This document shows, one piece after another, positions 55,075 to 64,000 of a stretch of DNA of 64,000 bases. Made by a program: the position numbers and the translations under genes. The notes under the pieces are model-generated. The model made no database searches. It saw nothing but the letters and a program-made list of their open reading frames with translations, and had not been told where the DNA came from. Origin of the DNA: Escherichia coli (GTDB taxonomy: Bacteria; Pseudomonadota; Gammaproteobacteria; Enterobacterales; Enterobacteriaceae); NCBI RefSeq assembly GCF_030013595.1, contig NZ_CP122768.1; one strand, written 5' to 3'. Position 1 is the stretch's first letter. The number at the start of each line of letters is the position of its first letter.

Positions 55075-56547
55075 ATGTCATCGTTGCAAATTTTGCAAGG
55101 CACGTTTCGTCTTGGCGACACAAAAACGCTGCAATTGCCTCAGCTAACGTTAAACGCGGGTGATAGTTGGGCGTTTGTCGGTTCGAATGGAAGCGGGAAA
55201 TCGGCCCTGGCCCGTGCGCTGGCGGGGGAACTTCCGCTTTTGAAAGGTGAACGGCAAAGCCAGTTTTCCCACATCACTCGTCTCTCCTTCGAGCAATTGC
55301 AAAAGCTCGTCAGCGACGAATGGCAGCGGAATAATACCGATATGCTTAGTCCTGGCGAAGATGACACCGGGCGTACCACGGCTGAGATCATTCAGGATGA
55401 AGTAAAGGATACTCCGCGTTGCATGCAACTGGCGCAGCAGTTCGGTATTACCGCCCTCCTCGACCGACTCTTTAAATACCTTTCCACTGGCGAGACGCGA
55501 AAAACCCTGCTGTGTCAGGCGCTGATGTCGGAGCCTGACTTGTTGATTCTTGATGAGCCGTTCGATGGCCTGGATGTTGCCTCACGTCAGCAGCTGGCTG
55601 AGCTACTCGCCTCGTTACATCAGTCCGGTATTACTCTGGTAATGGTGCTCAATCGCTTCGATGAGATCCCAGAATTTGTCCAGTTTGCTGGCGTGCTGGC
55701 GGATTGTACGTTAGCGGAAACTGGCGCTAAAGAGGAACTGCTCCAGCAAGCACTCGTCGCGCAACTGGCGCATAGCGAACAGCTTGAAGGTGTACAACTG
55801 CCGGAGCCGGATGAACCTTCAGCACGTCACGCCTTACCCGCCAACGAACCGCGCATTGTGCTGAACAACGGCGTGGTTTCTTATAACGATCGCCCCATTC
55901 TTAATAACCTTAGCTGGCAGGTGAATCCAGGCGAGCACTGGCAAATTGTCGGGCCAAATGGCGCGGGAAAATCGACGTTATTAAGCCTGATTACTGGCGA
56001 TCATCCGCAAGGTTACAGCAACGATTTGACGCTTTTCGGACGACGTCGCGGCAGCGGCGAAACCATCTGGGATATCAAAAAGCATATCGGTTACGTCAGC
56101 AGTAGTTTGCATCTGGATTACCGGGTCAGCACTACCGTGCGTAATGTGATCCTTTCTGGCTATTTTGATTCGATTGGCATTTATCAGGCCGTTTCGGATC
56201 GCCAGCAAAAACTGGTGCAGCAGTGGCTGGATATTCTCGGCATTGATAAACGCACGGCTGACGCTCCTTTCCATAGTCTTTCCTGGGGGCAACAACGCCT
56301 GGCGCTGATCGTCCGTGCACTGGTGAAACATCCGACGTTGCTTATTCTCGATGAACCACTACAGGGGCTTGATCCGCTCAATCGCCAGCTTATCCGCCGG
56401 TTTGTTGATGTGCTGATTAGCGAAGGTGAAACGCAATTGTTGTTTGTTTCGCACCACGCTGAAGATGCGCCTGCCTGTATTACCCATCGTCTTGAGTTCG
56501 TGCCAGACGGCGGACTCTATCGCTATGTGCTGACAAAAATAAATTGA
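55075..56547 (+). CDS. modF: ModF ABC-family ATPase (two ATP-binding domains)
   Basis: Start at MSSLQILQG; two Walker A motifs (GSNGSGKS, GPNGAGKS). Confidence 0.85.
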   Translation: MSSLQILQGTFRLGDTKTLQLPQLTLNAGDSWAFVGSNGSGKSALARALAGELPLLKGERQSQFSHITRLSFEQLQKLVSDEWQRNNTDMLSPGEDDTGRTTAEIIQDEVKDTPRCMQLAQQFGITALLDRLFKYLSTGETRKTLLCQALMSEPDLLILDEPFDGLDVASRQQLAELLASLHQSGITLVMVLNRFDEIPEFVQFAGVLADCTLAETGAKEELLQQALVAQLAHSEQLEGVQLPEPDEPSARHALPANEPRIVLNNGVVSYNDRPILNNLSWQVNPGEHWQIVGPNGAGKSTLLSLITGDHPQGYSNDLTLFGRRRGSGETIWDIKKHIGYVSSSLHLDYRVSTTVRNVILSGYFDSIGIYQAVSDRQQKLVQQWLDILGIDKRTADAPFHSLSWGQQRLALIVRALVKHPTLLILDEPLQGLDPLNRQLIRRFVDVLISEGETQLLFVSHHAEDAPACITHRLEFVPDGGLYRYVLTKIN

Positions 56548-56714
56548 GTCGGTAGTGCTGACCGTGCCGGAGGCGGCCTAAGCGCCCTCTCCGGCCAACG
56601 GTTCGACGCATCCAGGCATGAAACCGCGTCTTTTTTTCAGATAAAAAGCGCAATCATTCATAAACCCTCTGTTTTATAATCACTTAATCGCACATAAAAA
56701 AAGGTTAAACTCTT

Positions 56715-56730
56715 GTGTAAACGATTCCAC
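56715..56730. promoter_or_regulatory. gal operator OE (GTGTAAACGATTCCAC) in the galP1/P2 promoter region with adjacent CRP site
   Basis: Exact operator-like 16-mer upstream of galE. Confidence 0.7.
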
Positions 56731-56808
56731 TAATTTATTCCATGTCACACTTTTCGCATCTTTGTTATGCTATGGTTATTTCATACCATAAGCCTAATGG
56801 AGCGAATT

Positions 56809-57825
56809 ATGAGAGTTCTGGTTACCGGTGGTAGCGGTTACATTGGAAGTCATACCTGTGTGCAATTACTGCAAAACGGTCATGATGTCATCATTCTTGA
56901 TAACCTCTGTAACAGTAAGCGCAGCGTACTGCCTGTTATCGAGCGTTTAGGCGGCAAACATCCAACGTTTGTTGAAGGCGATATCCGTAACGAAGCGTTG
57001 ATGACCGAGATCCTGCACGATCACGCTATCGATACCGTGATCCACTTCGCCGGGCTGAAAGCCGTTGGCGAATCGGTACAAAAACCGCTGGAATATTACG
57101 ACAACAATGTTAACGGTACTCTGCGCCTGATTAGCGCCATGCGCGCCGCGAACGTCAAAAACTTTATTTTTAGCTCCTCCGCCACCGTCTATGGCGATCA
57201 GCCCAAAATTCCATACGTTGAAAGCTTCCCGACCGGCACACCGCAAAGCCCTTACGGCAAAAGCAAGCTAATGGTGGAACAGATCCTCACCGATCTGCAA
57301 AAAGCCCAGCCGGACTGGAGCATTGCCCTGCTGCGCTACTTCAACCCGGTTGGCGCGCATCCGTCGGGCGATATGGGCGAAGATCCGCAAGGCATTCCGA
57401 ATAACCTGATGCCATACATCGCCCAGGTTGCTGTAGGCCGTCGCGACTCGCTGGCGATTTTTGGTAACGATTATCCGACCGAAGACGGTACTGGCGTGCG
57501 CGATTACATCCACGTAATGGATCTGGCGGACGGTCACGTCGTGGCGATGGAAAAACTGGCGAACAAGCCAGGCGTACACATCTACAACCTCGGCGCTGGC
57601 GTAGGCAGCAGCGTGCTGGACGTGGTTAATGCCTTCAGCAAAGCCTGCGGCAAACCGGTTAACTATCATTTTGCACCGCGTCGCGAGGGCGACCTTCCGG
57701 CCTACTGGGCGGACGCCAGCAAAGCCGACCGTGAACTGAACTGGCGCGTGACGCGCACACTCGATGAAATGGCGCAGGACACCTGGCACTGGCAGTCACG
57801 CCATCCACAGGGATATCCCGATTAA
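56809..57825 (+). CDS. galE: UDP-glucose 4-epimerase
   Basis: 338 aa from MRVLVTGGSGYIGSH (NAD-binding Rossmann). Confidence 0.9.
   Translation: MRVLVTGGSGYIGSHTCVQLLQNGHDVIILDNLCNSKRSVLPVIERLGGKHPTFVEGDIRNEALMTEILHDHAIDTVIHFAGLKAVGESVQKPLEYYDNNVNGTLRLISAMRAANVKNFIFSSSATVYGDQPKIPYVESFPTGTPQSPYGKSKLMVEQILTDLQKAQPDWSIALLRYFNPVGAHPSGDMGEDPQGIPNNLMPYIAQVAVGRRDSLAIFGNDYPTEDGTGVRDYIHVMDLADGHVVAMEKLANKPGVHIYNLGAGVGSSVLDVVNAFSKACGKPVNYHFAPRREGDLPAYWADASKADRELNWRVTRTLDEMAQDTWHWQSRHPQGYPD
56828..56843. promoter_or_regulatory. gal operator OI (GTGGTAGCGGTTACAT) inside galE
   Basis: Operator-like 16-mer at galE codons ~7-12. Confidence 0.65.
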
Positions 57826-57834
57826 GGAACGACC

Positions 57835-58881
57835 ATGACGCAATTTAATCCCGTTGATCATCCACATCGCCGCTACAACCCGCTCACCGGGCAATGGATT
57901 CTGGTTTCACCGCACCGCGCTAAGCGCCCCTGGCAGGGGGCGCAGGAAACGCCAGCCAAACAGGTGTTACCTGCGCACGATCCAGATTGCTTCCTCTGCG
58001 CAGGTAATGTGCGGGTGACAGGCGATAAAAACCCCGATTACACCGGGACTTACGTTTTCACTAATGACTTTGCGGCCTTGATGTCTGACACGCCAGATGC
58101 GCCAGAAAGCAACGATCCGCTGATGCGTTGCCAGAGCGCGCGCGGTACCAGCCGGGTGATCTGCTTTTCACCGGATCACAGTAAAACGTTGCCAGAACTG
58201 AGCGTTGCGGCATTGACGGAAATCGTCAAAACCTGGCAGGAGCAAACCGCAGAACTGGGGAAAACATACCCATGGGTGCAGGTCTTTGAAAACAAAGGTG
58301 CGGCGATGGGCTGCTCTAACCCGCATCCGCACGGACAGATTTGGGCAAATAGCTTCCTGCCTAACGAAGCTGAGCGTGAAGACCGCCTGCAAAAAGAATA
58401 TTTTGCCGAACAGAAATCACCAATGCTGGTGGATTATGTTCAGCGCGAGCTGGCAGACGGTAGCCGTACCGTTGTCGAAACCGAACACTGGTTAGCCGTC
58501 GTGCCTTACTGGGCTGCCTGGCCGTTCGAAACGCTACTGCTGCCCAAAGCCCACGTTTTACGGATCACCGATTTGACCGACGCCCAGCGCAGCGATTTGG
58601 CACTGGCGTTGAAAAAGCTGACCAGTCGTTATGACAACCTCTTCCAGTGCTCCTTCCCCTACTCTATGGGCTGGCACGGCGCACCATTTAATGGCGAAGA
58701 GAATCAACACTGGCAGCTGCACGCGCACTTTTATCCGCCTCTGTTGCGCTCCGCCACCGTACGTAAATTTATGGTTGGTTATGAAATGCTGGCAGAGACC
58801 CAGCGAGACCTGACCGCAGAACAGGCAGCAGAGCGTTTGCGCGCAGTCAGCGATATCCATTTTCGCGAATCCGGAGTGTAA
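57835..58881 (+). CDS. galT: galactose-1-phosphate uridylyltransferase
   Basis: 348 aa, HxH active-site motif. Confidence 0.9.
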   Translation: MTQFNPVDHPHRRYNPLTGQWILVSPHRAKRPWQGAQETPAKQVLPAHDPDCFLCAGNVRVTGDKNPDYTGTYVFTNDFAALMSDTPDAPESNDPLMRCQSARGTSRVICFSPDHSKTLPELSVAALTEIVKTWQEQTAELGKTYPWVQVFENKGAAMGCSNPHPHGQIWANSFLPNEAEREDRLQKEYFAEQKSPMLVDYVQRELADGSRTVVETEHWLAVVPYWAAWPFETLLLPKAHVLRITDLTDAQRSDLALALKKLTSRYDNLFQCSFPYSMGWHGAPFNGEENQHWQLHAHFYPPLLRSATVRKFMVGYEMLAETQRDLTAEQAAERLRAVSDIHFRESGV

Positions 58882-58884
58882 GAA

Positions 58885-60033
58885 ATGAGTCTGAAAGAAA
58901 AAACACAATCTCTGTTTGCCAACGCATTTGGCTACCCTGCCACTCACACCATTCAGGCGCCTGGCCGCGTGAATTTGATTGGTGAACACACCGACTACAA
59001 CGACGGTTTCGTTCTGCCCTGCGCGATTGATTATCAAACCGTGATCAGTTGTGCACCACGCGATGACCGTAAAGTTCGCGTGATGGCAGCCGATTATGAA
59101 AATCAGCTCGACGAGTTTTCCCTCGATGCGCCCATTGTCGCGCATGAAAGCTATCAATGGGCGAACTACGTTCGTGGCGTGGTGAAACATCTGCAACTGC
59201 GTAACAACAGCTTCGGCGGTGTGGACATGGTGATCAGCGGCAATGTGCCGCAGGGTGCCGGGTTAAGTTCTTCCGCTTCACTGGAAGTCGCGGTCGGAAC
59301 CGTATTGCAGCAGCTTTATCATCTGCCGCTGGACGGCGCACAAATCGCGCTTAACGGTCAGGAAGCAGAAAACCAGTTTGTTGGCTGTAACTGCGGGATC
59401 ATGGATCAGCTAATTTCCGCACTCGGCAAGAAAGATCATGCCTTGCTGATTGACTGCCGCTCACTGGGGACTAAAGCAGTTTCCATGCCGAAAGGTGTGG
59501 CTGTCGTCATCATTAACAGTAACTTCAAACGTACCCTGGTTGGCAGCGAATACAACACCCGTCGTGAACAGTGCGAAACCGGTGCGCGTTTCTTCCAGCA
59601 GCCAGCCCTGCGCGATGTCACCATTGAAGAGTTCAACGCTGTTGCGCATGAACTGGACCCAATCGTGGCGAAACGCGTGCGTCATATCCTGACTGAAAAC
59701 GCCCGCACCTTTGAAGCTGCCAGCGCGCTGGAGCAAGGCGACCTGAAACGTATGGGCGAGTTGATGGCGGAGTCTCATGCCTCTATGCGCGATGATTTCG
59801 AAATCACCGTGCCGCAAATTGACACTCTGGTAGAAATCGTCAAAGCTGTGATTGGCGACAAAGGTGGCGTACGCATGACCGGCGGCGGATTTGGCGGCTG
59901 TATCGTCGCGCTGATCCCGGAAGAGCTGGTGCCTGCCGTACAGCAAGCTGTCGCTGAACAATATGAAGCAAAAACAGGTATTAAAGAGACTTTTTACGTT
60001 TGTAAACCATCACAAGGAGCAGGACAGTGCTGA
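58885..60033 (+). CDS. galK: galactokinase
   Basis: 382 aa GHMP kinase. Confidence 0.9.
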   Translation: MSLKEKTQSLFANAFGYPATHTIQAPGRVNLIGEHTDYNDGFVLPCAIDYQTVISCAPRDDRKVRVMAADYENQLDEFSLDAPIVAHESYQWANYVRGVVKHLQLRNNSFGGVDMVISGNVPQGAGLSSSASLEVAVGTVLQQLYHLPLDGAQIALNGQEAENQFVGCNCGIMDQLISALGKKDHALLIDCRSLGTKAVSMPKGVAVVIINSNFKRTLVGSEYNTRREQCETGARFFQQPALRDVTIEEFNAVAHELDPIVAKRVRHILTENARTFEAASALEQGDLKRMGELMAESHASMRDDFEITVPQIDTLVEIVKAVIGDKGGVRMTGGGFGGCIVALIPEELVPAVQQAVAEQYEAKTGIKETFYVCKPSQGAGQC

Positions 60034-61067
60034 ACGAAACTCCCGCACTGGCACCCGATGGTCAGCCGTACCGACTGTTAACTTTGCGTAACAACGCAGG
60101 GATGGTAGTCACGCTGATGGACTGGGGTGCGACTTTACTTTCAGCCCGTATTCCGCTTTCCGATGGCAGCGTCCGCGAGGCGCTGCTCGGCTGTGCCAGC
60201 CCGGAATGCTATCAGGAGCAGGCCGCGTTTCTGGGGGCCTCTATTGGTCGTTATGCCAACCGCATCGCCAATAGCCGTTATACCTTTGACGGTGAAACCG
60301 TGACGCTTTCGCCAAGTCAGGGCGTCAACCAATTGCACGGCGGCCCGGAAGGGTTCGACAAACGTCGCTGGCAGATTGTGAACCAGAACGATCGTCAGGT
60401 GCTGTTTGCCCTGAGTTCAGATGATGGCGATCAGGGCTTCCCGGGTAATCTCGGCGCGACGGTGCAATATCGTCTGACCGACGATAACCGTATCTCCATT
60501 ACTTATCGCGCCACAGTTGATAAACCTTGCCCGGTGAATATGACTAATCACGTCTATTTCAATCTTGACGGCGAGCAGTCTGACGTGCGCAATCACAAGT
60601 TGCAGATTCTGGCGGACGAATATCTGCCGGTTGATGAAGGCGGCATTCCCCACGACGGCCTGAAATCTGTCGCCGGAACGTCTTTTGATTTCCGCAGCGC
60701 CAAAATCATCGCCAGTGAGTTTCTTGCCGACGACGATCAGCGCAAAGTGAAAGGTTACGATCACGCGTTCTTGTTACAGGCCAAAGGCGATGGCAAGAAA
60801 GTGGCGGCGCATGTCTGGTCAGCAGATGAAAAATTGCAGCTGAAGGTCTACACCACCGCTCCGGCTCTGCAATTCTACTCCGGCAACTTCCTCGGCGGCA
60901 CACCGTCGCGGGGAACCGAACCTTACGCCGACTGGCAAGGGCTGGCTCTGGAAAGCGAATTTCTGCCGGACAGCCCGAACCACCCTGAATGGCCGCAACC
61001 AGACTGCTTCCTGCGTCCTGGCGAAGAGTATTCCAGCCTGACGGAATATCAGTTTATTGCTCAGTAA
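60027..61067 (+). CDS. galM: aldose 1-epimerase (galactose mutarotase)
   Basis: 346 aa. Confidence 0.9.
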   Translation: MLNETPALAPDGQPYRLLTLRNNAGMVVTLMDWGATLLSARIPLSDGSVREALLGCASPECYQEQAAFLGASIGRYANRIANSRYTFDGETVTLSPSQGVNQLHGGPEGFDKRRWQIVNQNDRQVLFALSSDDGDQGFPGNLGATVQYRLTDDNRISITYRATVDKPCPVNMTNHVYFNLDGEQSDVRNHKLQILADEYLPVDEGGIPHDGLKSVAGTSFDFRSAKIIASEFLADDDQRKVKGYDHAFLLQAKGDGKKVAAHVWSADEKLQLKVYTTAPALQFYSGNFLGGTPSRGTEPYADWQGLALESEFLPDSPNHPEWPQPDCFLRPGEEYSSLTEYQFIAQ

Positions 61068-61269
61068 TGTTAAGCCCTCGTCATGAGGGCTTTATCCTCA
61101 TATTGTTCAAATCACCAGCAAACACCGACATATTTGCAACTCAATATTCACAACAACCTTACACTGCGACACTATTTTCGCTATGGTTATGCGTAAGCAT
61201 TGCTGTTGCTTCGTCACGGCAATATAATGAGAATTATTATCATTAAAAGATGATTTGAGGAGTAAGTAT

Positions 61270-62022
61270 ATGGCTGTAACTAAGCTGGTTCTGGTTCGTC
61301 ATGGCGAAAGTCAGTGGAACAAAGAAAACCGTTTCACCGGTTGGTACGACGTGGATCTGTCTGAGAAAGGCGTAAGCGAAGCAAAAGCAGCAGGTAAGCT
61401 GCTGAAAGAGGAAGGTTACAGCTTTGACTTTGCTTACACCTCTGTGCTGAAACGCGCTATTCATACCCTGTGGAATGTGCTGGACGAACTGGATCAGGCA
61501 TGGCTGCCCGTTGAGAAATCCTGGAAACTGAACGAACGTCACTACGGTGCGTTGCAGGGTCTGAACAAAGCGGAAACTGCTGAAAAGTATGGCGACGAGC
61601 AGGTGAAACAGTGGCGTCGTGGTTTTGCAGTGACTCCGCCGGAACTGACTAAAGATGATGAGCGTTATCCGGGTCACGATCCGCGTTACGCGAAACTGAG
61701 CGAGAAAGAACTGCCGCTGACGGAAAGCCTGGCGCTGACCATTGACCGCGTGATCCCTTACTGGAATGAAACTATTCTACCGCGTATGAAGAGCGGTGAG
61801 CGCGTAATCATCGCTGCACACGGTAACTCGTTACGTGCGCTGGTGAAATATCTTGATAACATGAGCGAAGAAGAGATTCTTGAGCTGAATATCCCGACCG
61901 GCGTGCCGCTGGTTTATGAGTTTGACGAGAACTTCAAACCGCTGAAACGCTATTATCTGGGTAATGCTGACGAGATCGCGGCGAAAGCAGCAGCCGTTGC
62001 GAACCAGGGTAAAGCGAAGTAA
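61270..62022 (+). CDS. gpmA: 2,3-bisphosphoglycerate-dependent phosphoglycerate mutase
   Basis: 250 aa from [17 protein letters not shown] (RHG motif). Confidence 0.9.
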
Positions 62023-62045
62023 ACGTCATTCGTTTAAAAATGAGA

Positions 62046-62077
62046 AAGCCGACTGCAAGTGAGTCGGCTTTTTTGTT
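62046..62077 (+). terminator. rho-independent terminator after gpmA
   Basis: aagccgact…agtcggctt hairpin followed by T-run. Confidence 0.6.
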
Positions 62078-62187
62078 TGTCGTTGCTAACAATGGAGCAC
62101 ATTGCCTGATGCGACGCTGCGCGTCTTGCCAGGGCTACGGTGATTCATCGGATACGCCACTCTGACGGCGCATCCGACAATTAAACC

Positions 62188-63240
62188 TTACCCGCGACGC
62201 GCTTTTACTGCATTCGCCAGTTGACGTAACAGAGCATCGGTATCATCCCAGCCAATGCAGGCATCGGTGATGCTCTTGCCATAGGCCAGCGGTTCCCCAC
62301 TCTCGAGGCTCTGATTGCCTTCCACCAGATGGCTTTCCACCATCACGCCAATAATGGCCTTTTCGCCACCGGCAATCTGCTGGCAAACGTCAGTACAAAC
62401 ATCCATCTGCTTTTTGAATTGTTTGGACGAATTAGCATGGCTGAAATCGATCATCACCTGTGCTGGCAGGCCTGCTTTGTTCAGCCCTTCTTTCACTTCA
62501 GCAACGTGCTTCGCGCTGTAGTTAGGCTCTTTACCGCCGCGCAGAATGATATGGCAATCGCCGTTACCGCTGGTATTCACAATCGCCGAATGCCCCCATT
62601 TCGTTACGGACAGGAAGCAGTGCGGCGCACCGGCGGCATTAATGGCATCGATAGCCACTTTAATCGTACCATCAGTGCCATTTTTGAAGCCTACCGGGCA
62701 AGAAAGACCAGACGCCAGTTCGCGGTGCACCTGCGATTCCGTGGTACGTGCGCCAATTGCGCCCCAGCTCATCAGGTCAGCGAGATACTGCGGGGTGATC
62801 ATATCGAGAAATTCACCCGCCGCTGGCAGACCGCTATCGTTAATATCGAGCAGCAATTTACGGGCGATTCGCAAACCGTCGTTGATCTGGAAGCTGTTAT
62901 CCATATGTGGATCGTTAATCAGCCCTTTCCAGCCCACCGTGGTGCGCGGCTTTTCAAAATAGACGCGCATCACGATTTCCAGCTCATCTTGCAGCTCTTC
63001 ACGCAGCGCCAGCAAGCGAGTGGCATACTCTTTAGCAGCGACAGGATCATGAATTGAGCACGGACCAATCACAACCAACAGGCGATCATCATTACCTTTC
63101 AGGATCTTATGGATCGCTTTTCGGGCATGGGCGACCGTATTCGCGGCATTTTCAGTAGCGGGGAATTTTTCCAGCAATGCGACAGGAGGAAGTAACTCTT
63201 TGATTTCTTTGATGCGTAAATCGTCGTTCTGATAATTCAT
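62188..63240 (-). CDS. aroG: DAHP synthase, Phe-sensitive
   Basis: 350 aa. Confidence 0.9.
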   Translation of the reverse strand: MNYQNDDLRIKEIKELLPPVALLEKFPATENAANTVAHARKAIHKILKGNDDRLLVVIGPCSIHDPVAAKEYATRLLALREELQDELEIVMRVYFEKPRTTVGWKGLINDPHMDNSFQINDGLRIARKLLLDINDSGLPAAGEFLDMITPQYLADLMSWGAIGARTTESQVHRELASGLSCPVGFKNGTDGTIKVAIDAINAAGAPHCFLSVTKWGHSAIVNTSGNGDCHIILRGGKEPNYSAKHVAEVKEGLNKAGLPAQVMIDFSHANSSKQFKKQMDVCTDVCQQIAGGEKAIIGVMVESHLVEGNQSLESGEPLAYGKSITDACIGWDDTDALLRQLANAVKARRG

Positions 63241-63555
63241 GTCTGTTCCAGTGTTGCCATACTTATCTTAGTGAATGCAATACTTCCAATCTATATCTTC
63301 CGTCAGAATGTGTAAACGGGGTTTTACACTATGAACGGATTAATCCTGGAATTAGCAAGAAAAACGCCAGATTGTCGCGAAAAACGAGATCTCTCCTACA
63401 ATTTCTAACTGTAACTCCTTTGTTTGTTAATTATTTCAAGATTCTCTGCTGGGTATCTTTGCCTGGCTGAAATCTTAAACCATTGCCTTATATTCACCTG
63501 CAAATGCACTGTTGGAAGAGGTTATCCGACATAACGACCATAACAGGAGCATCCT

Positions 63556-63936
63556 ATGAAAATGACAAAACTGGCCACACTATTTTTGACTGCCACTCTA
63601 AGCCTTGCCAGCGGTGCCGCACTGGCTGCCGATAGCGGAGCGCAAAGCAATAACGGCCAGGCAAACGCCGCAGCTGATGCGGGCCAGGTAGCCCCTGATG
63701 CCCGTGAAAATGTCGCGCCAAATAACGTCGACAATAACGGGGTAAATACCGGTTCTGGCGGCACAATGCTGCATCCGGATGGTTCTTCAATGAACAATGA
63801 CGGCATGACCAAAGATGAAGAGCACAAGAACACCATGTGCAAAGATGGTCGCTGTCCGGATATCAATAAAAAGGTACAAACTGGTGATGGCATCAACAAT
63901 GATGTCGATACCAAAACCGACGGTACCACGCAGTAA
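63556..63936 (+). CDS. ybgS: YbgS periplasmic protein
   Basis: 126 aa with signal peptide, Asn/Gly/Asp-rich. Confidence 0.8.
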   Translation: MKMTKLATLFLTATLSLASGAALAADSGAQSNNGQANAAADAGQVAPDARENVAPNNVDNNGVNTGSGGTMLHPDGSSMNNDGMTKDEEHKNTMCKDGRCPDINKKVQTGDGINNDVDTKTDGTTQ

Positions 63937-63957
63937 CCCTGCGAAATAGCCAATAAT

Positions 63958-63989
63958 GGGAGAGCGGAGTCTCTCCCTTTTAATTTTTC
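63958..63989 (+). terminator. rho-independent terminator after ybgS
   Basis: gggagag-cggagt-ctctccc hairpin followed by T-run. Confidence 0.55.
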
Positions 63990-64000
63990 CCTTCTAAAAG

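Noticed and set aside
62100-62180. GC-rich palindromic sequence between gpmA and aroG
   Set aside because: Looks like a REP-type intergenic repeat, not a gene or regulatory RNA; not annotated because I could not resolve unit boundaries.
63522-63953. 143-aa minus-strand ORF
   Set aside because: Antisense to ybgS, which has a clear signal peptide and conserved context.

Overview
This window holds about 40 kb of a lambda-like prophage integrated at attλ, followed by about 24 kb of E. coli chromosome (ybhC through the mod and gal operons to aroG and ybgS). The prophage runs from a truncated side tail fiber gene at the left edge, through tail and head genes, cos, the lysis cassette, Q, the nin region, replication and immunity genes, and the recombination module, to int and the attL core at about 40178-40192. 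The backbone is λ, but the phage is mosaic: the immunity region is not λ, the lysis cassette is of the phage 21/DLP12 type, and several AT-rich accessory genes sit in known moron slots. The strongest candidates for an undescribed system are a NYN/PIN-like nuclease-domain gene in the rexAB slot (31931-32788) and an orphan AT-rich 230-aa gene in the bor slot next to cos (21253-21945). Other points worth a look are an apparent frameshift in tail gene I, two tRNA-like genes between tR' and the holin, and an IS3-family element inserted into a REP sequence beside ybhC. Product names come from my recall of λ and E. coli K-12 proteins, not from a database search. Coordinates taken from the ORF track are reliable; those I placed by hand (terminators, tRNAs, cos, att, operators) may be off by a few nucleotides.
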